Of a DNA stretch of 63,219 bases, positions 1-8,222 are shown in pieces; position 1 is the first letter of the stretch; the number at the start of each line of letters is the position of its first letter. A model generated the notes under the pieces. The model did no database searches, was not told the DNA's origin, and saw only the letters and a list, made by a program, of their open reading frames with translations. Source of the stretch: Actinomycetes bacterium. Its GTDB lineage: Bacteria > Actinomycetota > Acidimicrobiia > Acidimicrobiales > JAJZXF01. Position numbers and translations under genes: made by a program. Location of the stretch: positions 1 to 63,219 of the forward strand of contig JAJZXF010000005.1 in assembly GCA_021802485.1 (NCBI GenBank), read 5' to 3'.

Positions 1-108
1 GCAGCGAACAACACCGACCCTAAGCCATTCGAGTGGACCGCAACCGCCGAGCAGATCTTGGAGAAGGTCAGCCGCGGGCGGGTAGCCCTCAATCAACTAG
101 CAAGCTAA
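1..108 (+). mobile_element. IS630-family DDE transposase, C-terminal fragment (truncated by window edge)
   Basis: Frame +1 reads AANNTDPKPFEWTATAEQILEKVSRGRVALNQLAS and stops at TAA 106-108. The KPFxW...ILxKV tail is typical of IS630/Tc1-like transposase C-termini. Only 35 codons are visible. Confidence 0.45.
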
Positions 109-123
109 AACTGAGACACTACA

Positions 124-306
124 CTAGGTGCTGTAGACAGCCTGGCGATCGTTGAGGCGGACCCGGAGTCTCCATCGTCCGCTTGGTCGCTGGTCGATGG
201 ATCCGCCATCGTTCGGCGCTCGGCGCCGCTTGCGCTTGGCGATGTGTGTCCTCCGCCACGGGACTCGCACCGACGGTTTCGGTGTCACTTGAGTCCCGTT
301 GAGCAT
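124..306 (-). pseudogene. N-terminal fragment of a phage-type tyrosine integrase, apparently cut off by the IS630 copy
   Basis: The 60-aa ORF contains KRKRRRAPNDGGSIDQRPSGRWRLRVRLNDRQ, resembling the GSIxxRxxGRWRxR arm-binding N-terminus common in actinobacterial integrases. It lies directly 3' of tRNA-Ala on the same strand. No catalytic domain follows. Confidence 0.35.
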
Positions 307-368
307 ATCACGGGCCTCCGCCGCCGGTCAGCGGTTATGCTTAGCCGCTCTGTCCAGGCACTTTCGGG

Positions 369-441
369 TGGAGGTGAGCGGACTCGAACCGCCGACTTCT
401 ACGTTGCGAACGTAGCGCTCTTCCAGCTGAGCTACACCCCC
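369..441 (-). tRNA. tRNA-Ala (anticodon CGC)
   Basis: The reverse complement reads GGGGGTGTAGCTCAGCTGGAAGAGCGCTACGTTCGCAACGTAGAAGTCGGCGGTTCGAGTCCGCTCACCTCCA. It has a 7-bp acceptor stem with the G3:U70 alanine identity pair, an anticodon stem CTACG/CGTAG with loop TTCGCAA (anticodon CGC), and a GGTTCGAGTCC T-arm. CCA is not fully encoded (the sequence reads ACCC). Confidence 0.9.
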
Positions 442-805
442 ATGTTCCACTGTGACTACCACGATAGCAAGGAGTACTACTTTGCCTGCTTCCAAAATGT
501 ATCGCGAATATATCCAAATTGTCAGTCGTGCTGATAGATGCGGACCAACGATATTACGCTGGACGATACCTCCAATATACCAGGAGACGCGCAGCTTCGA
601 TCAGTGCCTGCAGAGTCGGGCGCATGGCCAGCCAGGTTCATAGTACAACGAACATGTGATCGATAGTCGTGGATAGTAGTGACGCTCTTGGGTCGCGGAC
701 AGGAGGACCTTGTCGATGATCCAGAGAAGTGGCGGGAGCCTGAGCACGAAGCGACAGGCAAGCCACAACGGGCCCGTGCCGACCATTTGTAAGCACCACG
801 CAAGT

Positions 806-839
806 CTCCTCCTCCTCCTCCTCCTCCTCCTCCTCCTCC
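806..839. repeat. (CTC)11 trinucleotide microsatellite, equivalent to (GAG)n / poly-Glu on the minus strand
   Basis: Uninterrupted ctcctcctc... run read directly at 806-839. Confidence 0.95.
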
Positions 840-1528
840 GTGAGAGTGATGACCTAGCTGGGGAGGTGGGGGCCCGCTGGATCCCAGGCGCGGCGAAGCG
901 GATGTAGATTCTGGATGGGGTGGGGATCTCGACGGAAAGAGGTGCCCGGTCCGAAAGAGCGACCGTAGTGAAGTCTGGTGCCGTCCTTGGAGAGGGTCAC
1001 TTGTTCGAATTCCTCGATAGCAGTAGCTCTCTCGTTAGGAAGTTTCCATTCGATGCATTGGGCGAAACCCGAAAAGCATCGAGCACCTCGCAGCTTGTGC
1101 CACTGTCGTCAGATCTCTGGAACCTTTCGTACGCCTGCGATTGTTTGAATCGGCAAACTCTGTGACGCGGGCTGGTCATAGGGAAGGTCGGCCAGTTGGT
1201 TCACGATTCCCTGAGTTCCAAACGCGCCGACTGCTTCGCGCGAGGGGTCGAGATCGAATATGTCGCACTTGGGTGCCCTGGAACCGATTCTGTAGAGCGG
1301 TTGGGCTTTCTCTGACCTGTGGAGTGTTTCATGCCTGCCGACGACTTCGTGGCGATCGGCAGTGATCAACGGCGCGAGTTGCATGCTTCCAACCGCGCTC
1401 GGGTCGGTTGCGAAGAACTGCATCCTTGCAACGTATGCATCGTCGTAGCACGGCGTTTAATCCAAGACTTCCGTCAGCGGAGTCGATCACTGCCAGCTCT
1501 TGGTCGGGCGTGATTGCGGCCAGTTGGC

Positions 1529-2131
1529 TCAGGAGTCGGTCATCTCGCGGCGGCCATCGAGGGCTCGGCCCAGAGTGACCTCATCTGCGTACTCGAGATC
1601 GCCGCCAACAGGGATTCCGCTCGCGATCCGCGTCACTCTCAGTCCGAGCGGTTTCAACAGCCGGGCCAGGTACATGGCCGTGGCTTCTCCCTCCAGGTTC
1701 GGGTTCGTGCACAAGATGACCTCTGTCGTTCCTCCCGCGGCGAGCCTTGTCATGAGTTCCTGGATTCGCAGTCGCTCAGGACCTATCCCGTCCATCGGAT
1801 TGATCGCTCCGTGCAGAACGTGGTACTGGCCCTTGAAACCCTTGGTCCGTTCAATCGCGACGATGTCGCGGGGATCTTCCACCACGCACATAACAGAAGC
1901 ATCGCGCGCCGGGTTGTTGCAGATATCGCATAGCTCGCCGTCAGCTATGTTGAAGCACCGCCTGCACAAAGAGGTGCGTTCCTTCACCTCGATGATCGCG
2001 TTCGTGAGACGGGTGGCTTCTGCCGTCGGAATGTCAAGGAGATGAAAGGCGATCCGTTGAGCGGACTTCGGGCCGATGCCCGGAAGCTTGGCAAGCTCGT
2101 CTATCAGCGCCTGCATCGGACCGGTGTACAT
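1529..2131 (-). CDS. recR: Recombination protein RecR
   Basis: 200 aa. It has an N-terminal helix-hairpin-helix ([17 protein letters not shown]), a C4 zinc finger (CRRC...CDIC), a Toprim segment ([15 protein letters not shown]...[10 protein letters not shown]) and the C-terminal [12 protein letters not shown] motif. It sits immediately downstream of dnaX. Confidence 0.95.
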   Translation of the reverse strand: MYTGPMQALIDELAKLPGIGPKSAQRIAFHLLDIPTAEATRLTNAIIEVKERTSLCRRCFNIADGELCDICNNPARDASVMCVVEDPRDIVAIERTKGFKGQYHVLHGAINPMDGIGPERLRIQELMTRLAAGGTTEVILCTNPNLEGEATAMYLARLLKPLGLRVTRIASGIPVGGDLEYADEVTLGRALDGRREMTDS

Positions 2132-2209
2132 TAGCTGTTCCTCCTGTGCTGATCTACTGAGCTGAGCACTGGAATCGCTCGGCGCAATCGGTGAGGTGTT
2201 GGCGGCATT

Positions 2210-4024
2210 CTAGATCTCCTTCGCCCCGGGGAAGGCTTGGAGCAGTCGCTCCTCAGCTGAGACGTGGCCACTCGATGTCTCGGGCTCATCCGCGATGTCG
2301 GCAAGGGACTCTTCTGGTTCGTCCGGATCGCTGGAAATCCCGTTGAGATTGTCATGCTCACTCGGCGAGACGGTGTTCTGGGGGGGAGTGTTCTCTGTTG
2401 ATGCTGGGTGTGCGCTCTGCTGATCACCCGGAGCTTTGCCCCTGCTCTTTGGGTGAGTTGCCTCGTCCACTGCGAGTTTAAGCTGTACGGGTGCCCGGAA
2501 ATGGGAGCACAATGCCTTTTCGACCTCGCTTCGAAATAACTCGCAGCGGGAACGATGAACAGCGTCGGGAAGAGCGAAGGTGGTGATGCCGTCATCTGCA
2601 CTGACGAACCGGCCGGCCCTGAACAGTGCCCGAGCTCGTCCGGAAAGGTTTGGAAGTACGTGGTCCGCCCAGGCGATGACGATCTCGTCGCGGGTTGGAA
2701 GCGCCGCGCTACTGCTAGGCGAGCCGCTCGCCTGGCTGGCGGGGGTTTCGGCCTTGGGCGCACCTTGCGCCGATTTTGTGGGTTCTCTCGGTGCTGGTTG
2801 TGGAGGAGTTTCAGTGCGAGGACGTTGAGTCTGCAGGAGTACCTTCCTGGCAGAATCGGCTCGACCGCCGTGGTGGTCGGGAGCGCTTGCCTCCGGCGAT
2901 TGCCGTTGCAACGATGACAGTGTGCGTTCAAGGTTCTTAACTCTCTCGATTAGAGACGCGCTGGTCTCATCAAGCTCTGGATGAGCCAGCTTTACGAGCG
3001 CGACTTCTAGGCAAACCCGTGTATCGGGCGCGTCCCTCATCTGAGCATTCAAGCCGCCAAGGAGCTCGATCGAGCGAACTAATGCCGGGAGTCCAAGACG
3101 TCGAGCCTGATCGCCAGCGCCGCGCGCCGCGTTGGCGGTATCACTGACTGCGATCTCTGGGGCGACGGTTGCGAGGAAACCGTGGCGGAGGTGCTCAACG
3201 AGTCCTGATGCCAAAGTTTGAGGGTCGTTGCCTGCGGAGATGGCGTTTGCGGTGGCTGTGAGCGCCTTGCTCACGTCCTGGTCGCATATTGCCTCAACGA
3301 TTTCGAAGATGCTGCTAGCACTGTCACTGACGATGCCGCCAGCTGCTAGCTGGTCAAGTACGGTCAGAGCATCCCGGGCAGATCCCCTTCCTTTGCGAAT
3401 AGCGGCCTCAAGTGCATCGTCAGGCAGGTGGAGTTCCGCGTCCGAGCTGACATCTTCCATGAGACCTCGCAGGACTTCCGGATCGAGGAGCCGGAACTCA
3501 AAGTGCTGAGTGCGGCTCTTGATGGTAGGAAGGACCTTTTGAGGATCCGTGGTGGCAAGGACGAACACGACATGCGCCGGCGGCTCTTCCAAAGTCTTCA
3601 ATAAAGCGTTTGACGCGGCTGTCGAGAGCATGTGCACTTCGTCGACTATGTAGACCTTCCAGCGACCCGGAGAGCCGAGGGAAACCCTCGAGACCAGATC
3701 CCGCATTGCGTCCACGCCATTGTTGGACGCGGCATCGAGTTCGTGAACATCAAAAGATGTGCCGCTCGTGACGTCGATGCAGGACGGGCAGGCATTGCAC
3801 GGCTCGCCGTCCTTTGGAAGCTCGCAGTTCAACGCCTTCGCGAGTACCCGCGCGGTTGAGGTTTTCCCCGTCCCCCTTGGCCCGCTGAACAGGTAGGCAT
3901 GAGCGACGCGGTCGGTGAGAACAGCATTGCGGAGGGCCCTGGTTGCATGGTCTTGACCCCGGATCTCGGCAAAGCTGGTAGGGCGGTAGCGACGGTAGAG
4001 GGATTGGTAACGTTGCTCGGTCAC
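2210..4024 (-). CDS. dnaX: DNA polymerase III subunit gamma/tau
   Basis: 604 aa. It carries RYRPTSFAEIRGQDH, Walker A GPRGTGKTS, a zinc module CNACPSC, a DEVHML box, an SRTQHF sensor, and a long Pro/Ser/Ala-rich tau-like C-terminal region. Confidence 0.95.
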   Translation of the reverse strand: MTEQRYQSLYRRYRPTSFAEIRGQDHATRALRNAVLTDRVAHAYLFSGPRGTGKTSTARVLAKALNCELPKDGEPCNACPSCIDVTSGTSFDVHELDAASNNGVDAMRDLVSRVSLGSPGRWKVYIVDEVHMLSTAASNALLKTLEEPPAHVVFVLATTDPQKVLPTIKSRTQHFEFRLLDPEVLRGLMEDVSSDAELHLPDDALEAAIRKGRGSARDALTVLDQLAAGGIVSDSASSIFEIVEAICDQDVSKALTATANAISAGNDPQTLASGLVEHLRHGFLATVAPEIAVSDTANAARGAGDQARRLGLPALVRSIELLGGLNAQMRDAPDTRVCLEVALVKLAHPELDETSASLIERVKNLERTLSSLQRQSPEASAPDHHGGRADSARKVLLQTQRPRTETPPQPAPREPTKSAQGAPKAETPASQASGSPSSSAALPTRDEIVIAWADHVLPNLSGRARALFRAGRFVSADDGITTFALPDAVHRSRCELFRSEVEKALCSHFRAPVQLKLAVDEATHPKSRGKAPGDQQSAHPASTENTPPQNTVSPSEHDNLNGISSDPDEPEESLADIADEPETSSGHVSAEERLLQAFPGAKEI

Positions 4025-4206
4025 GCTTGGAGCCTACCGAGGACTGCGAAGGGCTGCTTGGGCAGGCGGACGACTCTTCGTGAACTCGGCAGGGATTGGG
4101 AATGGGCCAGCGTGGTATGAGCCATGTCAGGTAGCCTTGTTGGTGCCTGCCGGAGGCGAGGTAGAGCTGGTCCAAAGCGACGCAAAGAGCGGTCTCAGGC
4201 TCCGTA

Positions 4207-4226
4207 GGCCGCTGGATGCAGCGGCC
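4207..4226 (-). terminator. GC-rich hairpin at the 3' end of the SRP RNA gene
   Basis: ggccgctg-gatg-cagcggcc forms a perfect 8-bp stem. There is no obvious U-tract, which is common in high-GC genomes. Confidence 0.4.
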
Positions 4227-4317
4227 AGGTTTACTGCGGCACCCGGGATGACCCACTGAGAGCTGCTGCCTTCCGGCCCTGACTCGGTTCACAGGCTCCC
4301 GTCGCACAGGACCCAGC
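4224..4317 (-). ncRNA. ffs: Signal recognition particle RNA (small/4.5S-type SRP RNA)
   Basis: The minus strand reads GCUGGGUCCUGUGCGACGGGAGCCUGUGAACCGAGUCAGGGCCGGAAGGCAGCAGCUCUCAGUGGGUCAUCCCGGGUGCCGCAGUAAACCUGGC. It contains the conserved domain IV signature GUCAGG-CCGGAAGG-AGCAGC. The 5' GCUGGGU pairs with the 3' ACCUGGC. The position between tRNA-Ser and dnaX is the usual actinobacterial synteny. The ends are approximate. Confidence 0.75.
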
Positions 4318-4649
4318 CGCTGCATGCAGCGGCATCTTCAAAGCGCACAGCGATGCCGATTGAAGCGACCCTTCCGGTGGCGCGTGCGTTGAGTGGAATC
4401 TGCTTGGAACCTCCGTAGTCTAGCGCGCACCCGGCTGGGTGCCGCCAGGTTGGCTGGTTCGACCCAGCATCGTTGCAGTCTCATCGCGCACCTTAGTCCG
4501 CAGAGTTCATCGCGACTGGCAATCGCTCAAGGTTTCAGCGGCCCTGGCTAGGGACCCGAAGGGGCGCCTGTGGAAGGCCCGCGCTGCAGGCCAGAGGAGC
4601 AAGCCCACCGGGAAGCTCCTAGACGCTACGCTAGCGGGAGCGCATTCGA

Positions 4650-4734
4650 GGAGAGGTGCGAGAGCGGCCGAATCGGCACGACTGGAAATCGTGTGTGGGG
4701 AGACTCACCGTGGGTTCGAATCCCACCCTCTCCG
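4650..4734 (+). tRNA. tRNA-Ser (anticodon GGA)
   Basis: GGAGAGGTGCGAGAGCGGCCGAATCG...CTGGAAATCG...long variable arm...GTGGGTTCGAATCCCACCCTCTCCG. It has an acceptor stem GGAGAGG/CCTCTCC, anticodon loop CUGGAAA, a class II variable arm and a canonical T-arm. Confidence 0.9.
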
Positions 4735-4744
4735 CTCGGCAGGC

Positions 4745-5575
4745 CTCGCGGATGATGTCCTTGGAACTCCGCAGGTTGCGACGAACTTATGGAGTGCAAG
4801 ATGCACTGCAGGGGGGCTGTACCTTCGGAGGCTATGGGCTTGTCGAGCGTGGCGCATGCCTTCCTTGCGACCTGGTGGTCAAAGTCTCGGAGTGAAAAGC
4901 AGGCCTTGGCCTTGGTGCGCTTGGTTGCTACAAGGAGCATACGGTGCGTGCTAGAGCCGTTGGTTGCCTCAGATATCTTCTTCCACAGCGCACCTTTAGC
5001 CTTGGTCCGCTGGCGCTTGATAGCAGGTGGTTCGCGACCGTTATTGATGTCGACGTCAATGGTCTGCTCATCAACCGAAGTCCCAAGTGCCATTGGATTG
5101 ATGATGCCTTCGTCTATTGCCGTGAGCGCTTTGGCGGTAGAGACCGAACGACGCTATGCGTTGGGGATATGCAACAAGGCGGCCGGTTGTCCTGGTCCCA
5201 GCAGAGCTGGATCTCGCCCCAGAACTCAGGGGAAACGAGCTTAGTGGCTGCAGGGTCATCCACGTTCGCCAATGCCAACACGGGTGCCAGGTCTTCTCCG
5301 CCGGAGCGAGAGGTCGGGCTTGTGCTCAGTTCGCACCCTCCAGCCAAAGCCCTTTGAGAACGACAGCGGCCCAGAGTTCTTCTTTCGCCAAGGGAACCCA
5401 CTCTCATCCCATTCTTGTGATTGGTGCGAGAGGTCTTGATCGCTTCGTAGAGGTCGTATCCAATCGCCTCGGTCCTGTGAGCATAGAGAGTGTGCTCTTC
5501 TCGTGGAATAGAGATGGGGAATGCTCGGATGTCGTACTTGCCGGGGTTGTGCTTAGCTTTCCACTTTGCATGTAC
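4745..5575 (-). pseudogene. Decayed tyrosine recombinase (phage-type integrase) next to tRNA-Ser(GGA)
   Basis: Integrase-like segments are split over at least two minus-strand frames with stops. They include LVSPEFWGEIQLCWDQDNRP (box-I-like RxGE..L.W.D.D region with the Arg lost), FSLRDFDHQVARKACATL (HxLRH-like) and LQCILHSISSSQ (LGHSS-like). The 3' end abuts the tRNA 3' end, the classical attachment-site arrangement. Confidence 0.45.
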
Positions 5576-5784
5576 CCAGTCGACCGCTTGGTTTCACAGA
5601 CCTGCGGCAAGGTGGCGAGCGCGTGGGCTCGCCGGTAGTCAGCACCTGAGAGCGTGACCGGGACGATCGCTGTGCGTACGACATCACGGCTTGCTGGCGG
5701 ACTACTCGGCATTGCGAGGATATGTTTGATACTACTGAACTGGTGCACCAGTTCCTCGGATAGGTGCGTACTTGTCTTCTCCAC
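5404..5784 (-). CDS. Small ORF, paralog A of a conserved ribbon-helix-helix-like protein; possibly truncated or pseudogenised
   Basis: It starts at GTG. The first ~55 aa (KTSTHLSEELVHQFSSIKHILAMPSSPPASRDVVRTAIVPVTLSGADYRR) are paralogous to the ORF at 15563-15844. Homology continues upstream of the GTG (PRSFHKRTVKAV vs PPFRKGGVKAA) where no start codon exists. The C-terminal 70 aa are not conserved. Confidence 0.3.
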   Translation of the reverse strand: MEKTSTHLSEELVHQFSSIKHILAMPSSPPASRDVVRTAIVPVTLSGADYRRAHALATLPQVCETKRSTGYMQSGKLSTTPASTTSEHSPSLFHEKSTLSMLTGPRRLDTTSTKRSRPLAPITRMG

Positions 5785-5875
5785 GGCCTTGACCGTGCGC
5801 TTGTGGAAGGACCGGGGGATACGGGCGGAATTGGCTCAAGGTGACAGGCTGCCTTAAAGATGTAAAGTAATTGGT

Positions 5876-6691
5876 GTGACGGAGTTGTACCAACCTGGCG
5901 TCGAGTCGAGCGTTAGGGCCATGCTTCGACGAGAGCTGGTCGAGGCCGAGGCCGAGCTGCACGAGGCGAGCGAGAGGGTGCGACTCCTTCGCATCGCGGT
6001 CGCGGCCGTGGAGTCCTCGTCGCCCAAGCATTCAGGTGGTGATGCGAGTCCCGGCCATGGTGGGCGGATCTGGCACGACCCGTCAAGTGCGAGCCCGAAG
6101 GAGGGGAGCGGCGGGCTCCATGATGCGGCTGAGGCCATGGCGAAGTCATTGCAGGGCAAGCTGGGCTCGGTAGAGCAGCGATGCTTTGTTGAGGCCGGCG
6201 AGGGTGGGCATACTTCATTTCGTTTTGACTCGTCTCGCGTGAATGGGGCTACGACCGTTAGTGATGTGGGCTCGGCTGAGGTTGGCGCAGGTGCAGAGGA
6301 GGCCGCTGGAGCGGGGTCCGAGAAGGAGTACCTTGCACCGATTGGTGGGCGCGCAGGCGAGCCTCCACTGCGTGGGGTGGTCCATGTGGACCGTGGCGCT
6401 CCAGGGCGGGGTATGAGTCGCGAGCGGTCCGGTCTAATCGAGCCCATGGAGCAGGGTGATCCACTTGCCGGCCGGGGCCTCTGGGAAGGGATGCCAGAGC
6501 AGGTCCCGGGTCGCGGGCGCGATGGTGATCGCCGCCGCCATGCAGGCGGGCAGGTCGACGAGTGGGAGACCGCATTCGAATTGCGCGACCCAGCTTGCTG
6601 GCCCTCTGAACGTGGTGCCAAAGCGACGGATGCAGCCTGCGATACGTCAGCTGGAGAACGGGACTCTGATCATACCGGGGACGCGGGCTGA
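5876..6691 (+). CDS. Hypothetical protein with a coiled-coil N-terminus
   Basis: 271-aa ORF with G/C-rich third positions, directly followed by the ATP-grasp gene. I recognise no motif. A comparably long antisense ORF exists, so the strand choice is tentative. Confidence 0.35.
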   Translation: MTELYQPGVESSVRAMLRRELVEAEAELHEASERVRLLRIAVAAVESSSPKHSGGDASPGHGGRIWHDPSSASPKEGSGGLHDAAEAMAKSLQGKLGSVEQRCFVEAGEGGHTSFRFDSSRVNGATTVSDVGSAEVGAGAEEAAGAGSEKEYLAPIGGRAGEPPLRGVVHVDRGAPGRGMSRERSGLIEPMEQGDPLAGRGLWEGMPEQVPGRGRDGDRRRHAGGQVDEWETAFELRDPACWPSERGAKATDAACDTSAGERDSDHTGDAG

Positions 6692-6702
6692 TTGACGCCT
6701 CG

Positions 6703-8058
6703 GTGATCCATCTGGGAGGGCTGCGGGTGTCTTCAGCGGCGCTCCTGGTATCGGGCGTGGGAGTCCTGGTCGGCCTAGTCGGCTTGGTCATCGGGTTGGT
6801 CTTGGCGCGCCGCAGTCGATCCCGGCTCAGTGCGGGTCGAGTACCGCAACGCGAGGACGAGCCGATGCAGACGACTGGGAATGCTCTCTCGGATGCGCTT
6901 GAAAGCCGTGATCCGAAAGCGCGTGAAGCGGTGTTGGCTGCATTGGAGAGAATGATTATCGATCAGGGCGCTGGTAGCGAGCAGGAAGTTGCCTCTTCCA
7001 GTTCACCCGAATCGGTCGCTGGTGGGGTGAGCGTTCCTGAGTCGCCACATGATCCACGCGACCACAGCTGGCAGGGTGTTCCGGACCGCGAGCTGGCAAA
7101 GCAGTCCGCAATAGTCACTGCTGCCTCCCAGCCAGCAGCGATCGCTGCTATTCGATCCCTGCATGCAGCAGGTCATAGGGTTGTGGCAGGAGATGTGGAC
7201 CCTCAAGCTGCGGGGATGATCTTGAGTGACGAACGGGGGGTGATCGCACCCGTGTCGGATCCTGGCTTCATAGCGAGCATCTGTGGTCTCGGGCTCCGAA
7301 CGCAATCCAACGCGCTCTTGGTCATGGCCCCGCGGGAGATGCCCCCACTCATTGCCAGGCGCTCTTCCCTCGAAGCGGCCGGGCTTGAGACGTGGCTCCC
7401 TCCCCTTGCGGCTTTGGAGATCTGTTTGGACCGATGGAGGTTCGCCCAGGTGCTTTCTGAGGGCGGAATTCCCTGCCCGGCGACTTCTCTGGGAGGAGCG
7501 GGCGGAGTGCCGGGACCCTGGGTGGTGAGACCCCGATACATCCAAGATCATGATTATGCACGCGTGGTGGAGGATGAAGCCGATCTCGCGGAGGTCCTGG
7601 AGCACGTTCCTGAACCTGTAGTGCAATCCCGCATGAACGCTAGGGAGTTCATCGTTGACGCGTTGGTGGGCCGCGACGGCGTGCTTGCCGGGGCCGTGCC
7701 GCGATGGCGTCTTGCGGGGGGATCTGGCGCACCTGCTCCATACGAGGTCACCTTCTCCGATGCAGGGCTCGTGGAAGCACTCGTCGCCCTGATCGCTGCG
7801 GTCGGGCTGGATGGACAGCTGAGCGTCTCTGGCACCGTGGACGAGGAGGGCGCTATCACCTTTGTCGAGATGACCCCGCATTTTTCAGACGGCCTGCTGA
7901 TCTCAACTGCTGCAGGAGCGGATCTAATGGGAGAGTACCTACGAGGTGTGTTCGGGCTTCCGATTCGCTCCGAGCGCCTTCAGTTCAGGGCTGAGGTTGG
8001 AATGGCGCGGTACCTTGCGGAGGCTTGTTCCCCGGCACCAGTTGCGGGAGGCCTGTAG
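6703..8058 (+). CDS. Membrane-anchored ATP-grasp domain protein
   Basis: It has an N-terminal TM helix (LLVSGVGVLVGLVGLVIGLVL). The C-terminal ~300 aa show the pre-ATP-grasp/ATP-grasp pattern (AAIRSLHAAGHRVVAGDVDP..., DRWRFAQVLSEGGIPCP, WVVRPRY..., REFIVDAL..., TFVEMTPHFSDGL). Confidence 0.7.
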   Translation: MIHLGGLRVSSAALLVSGVGVLVGLVGLVIGLVLARRSRSRLSAGRVPQREDEPMQTTGNALSDALESRDPKAREAVLAALERMIIDQGAGSEQEVASSSSPESVAGGVSVPESPHDPRDHSWQGVPDRELAKQSAIVTAASQPAAIAAIRSLHAAGHRVVAGDVDPQAAGMILSDERGVIAPVSDPGFIASICGLGLRTQSNALLVMAPREMPPLIARRSSLEAAGLETWLPPLAALEICLDRWRFAQVLSEGGIPCPATSLGGAGGVPGPWVVRPRYIQDHDYARVVEDEADLAEVLEHVPEPVVQSRMNAREFIVDALVGRDGVLAGAVPRWRLAGGSGAPAPYEVTFSDAGLVEALVALIAAVGLDGQLSVSGTVDEEGAITFVEMTPHFSDGLLISTAAGADLMGEYLRGVFGLPIRSERLQFRAEVGMARYLAEACSPAPVAGGL

Positions 8059-8222
8059 CAGCGCGGGCAAGTTGCCTGTTTGCCAGTCGTATTACGCCAT
8101 CGTATTGGCTTGGTTTGGTCCTAGGAGAGTTCTGAAGTATCGGGTCTTGGCGGATTCAACGTAGCAAAAGTGCTGGTAACAGCCGTGCAACTTTGCCAAT
8201 GAACTACCACCTCAGCATCTTC

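Noticed and set aside
2131-2931. 266-aa minus-strand ORF, together with several 80-190-aa ORFs on both strands overlapping dnaX (e.g. 3750-4325, 3228-3509).
   Set aside because: They lie in alternative frames or antisense within a confidently identified dnaX. They have Arg/Pro/Ser-rich composition typical of spurious ORFs in high-GC DNA.
5637-5800. I first read the repeat shared with 15654-15815 as a structured ncRNA, riboswitch, group II intron fragment or TnpB omega-RNA, because several helices (e.g. GUAGUC/GACUAC) can be drawn.
   Set aside because: The substitutions between the two copies are concentrated at synonymous codon positions of one minus-strand frame (seven synonymous and zero non-synonymous changes in 14 codons). 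That points to protein coding rather than RNA structure. The repeat also lies outside the IS605 end hairpin.
5854-6621. 255-aa minus-strand ORF antisense to the 5876-6691 ORF.
   Set aside because: It has extreme Pro/Arg/Ser composition and no motif. The plus-strand frame has a more protein-like composition and is contiguous with the next plus-strand gene. Even so, the plus-strand call carries only low confidence.
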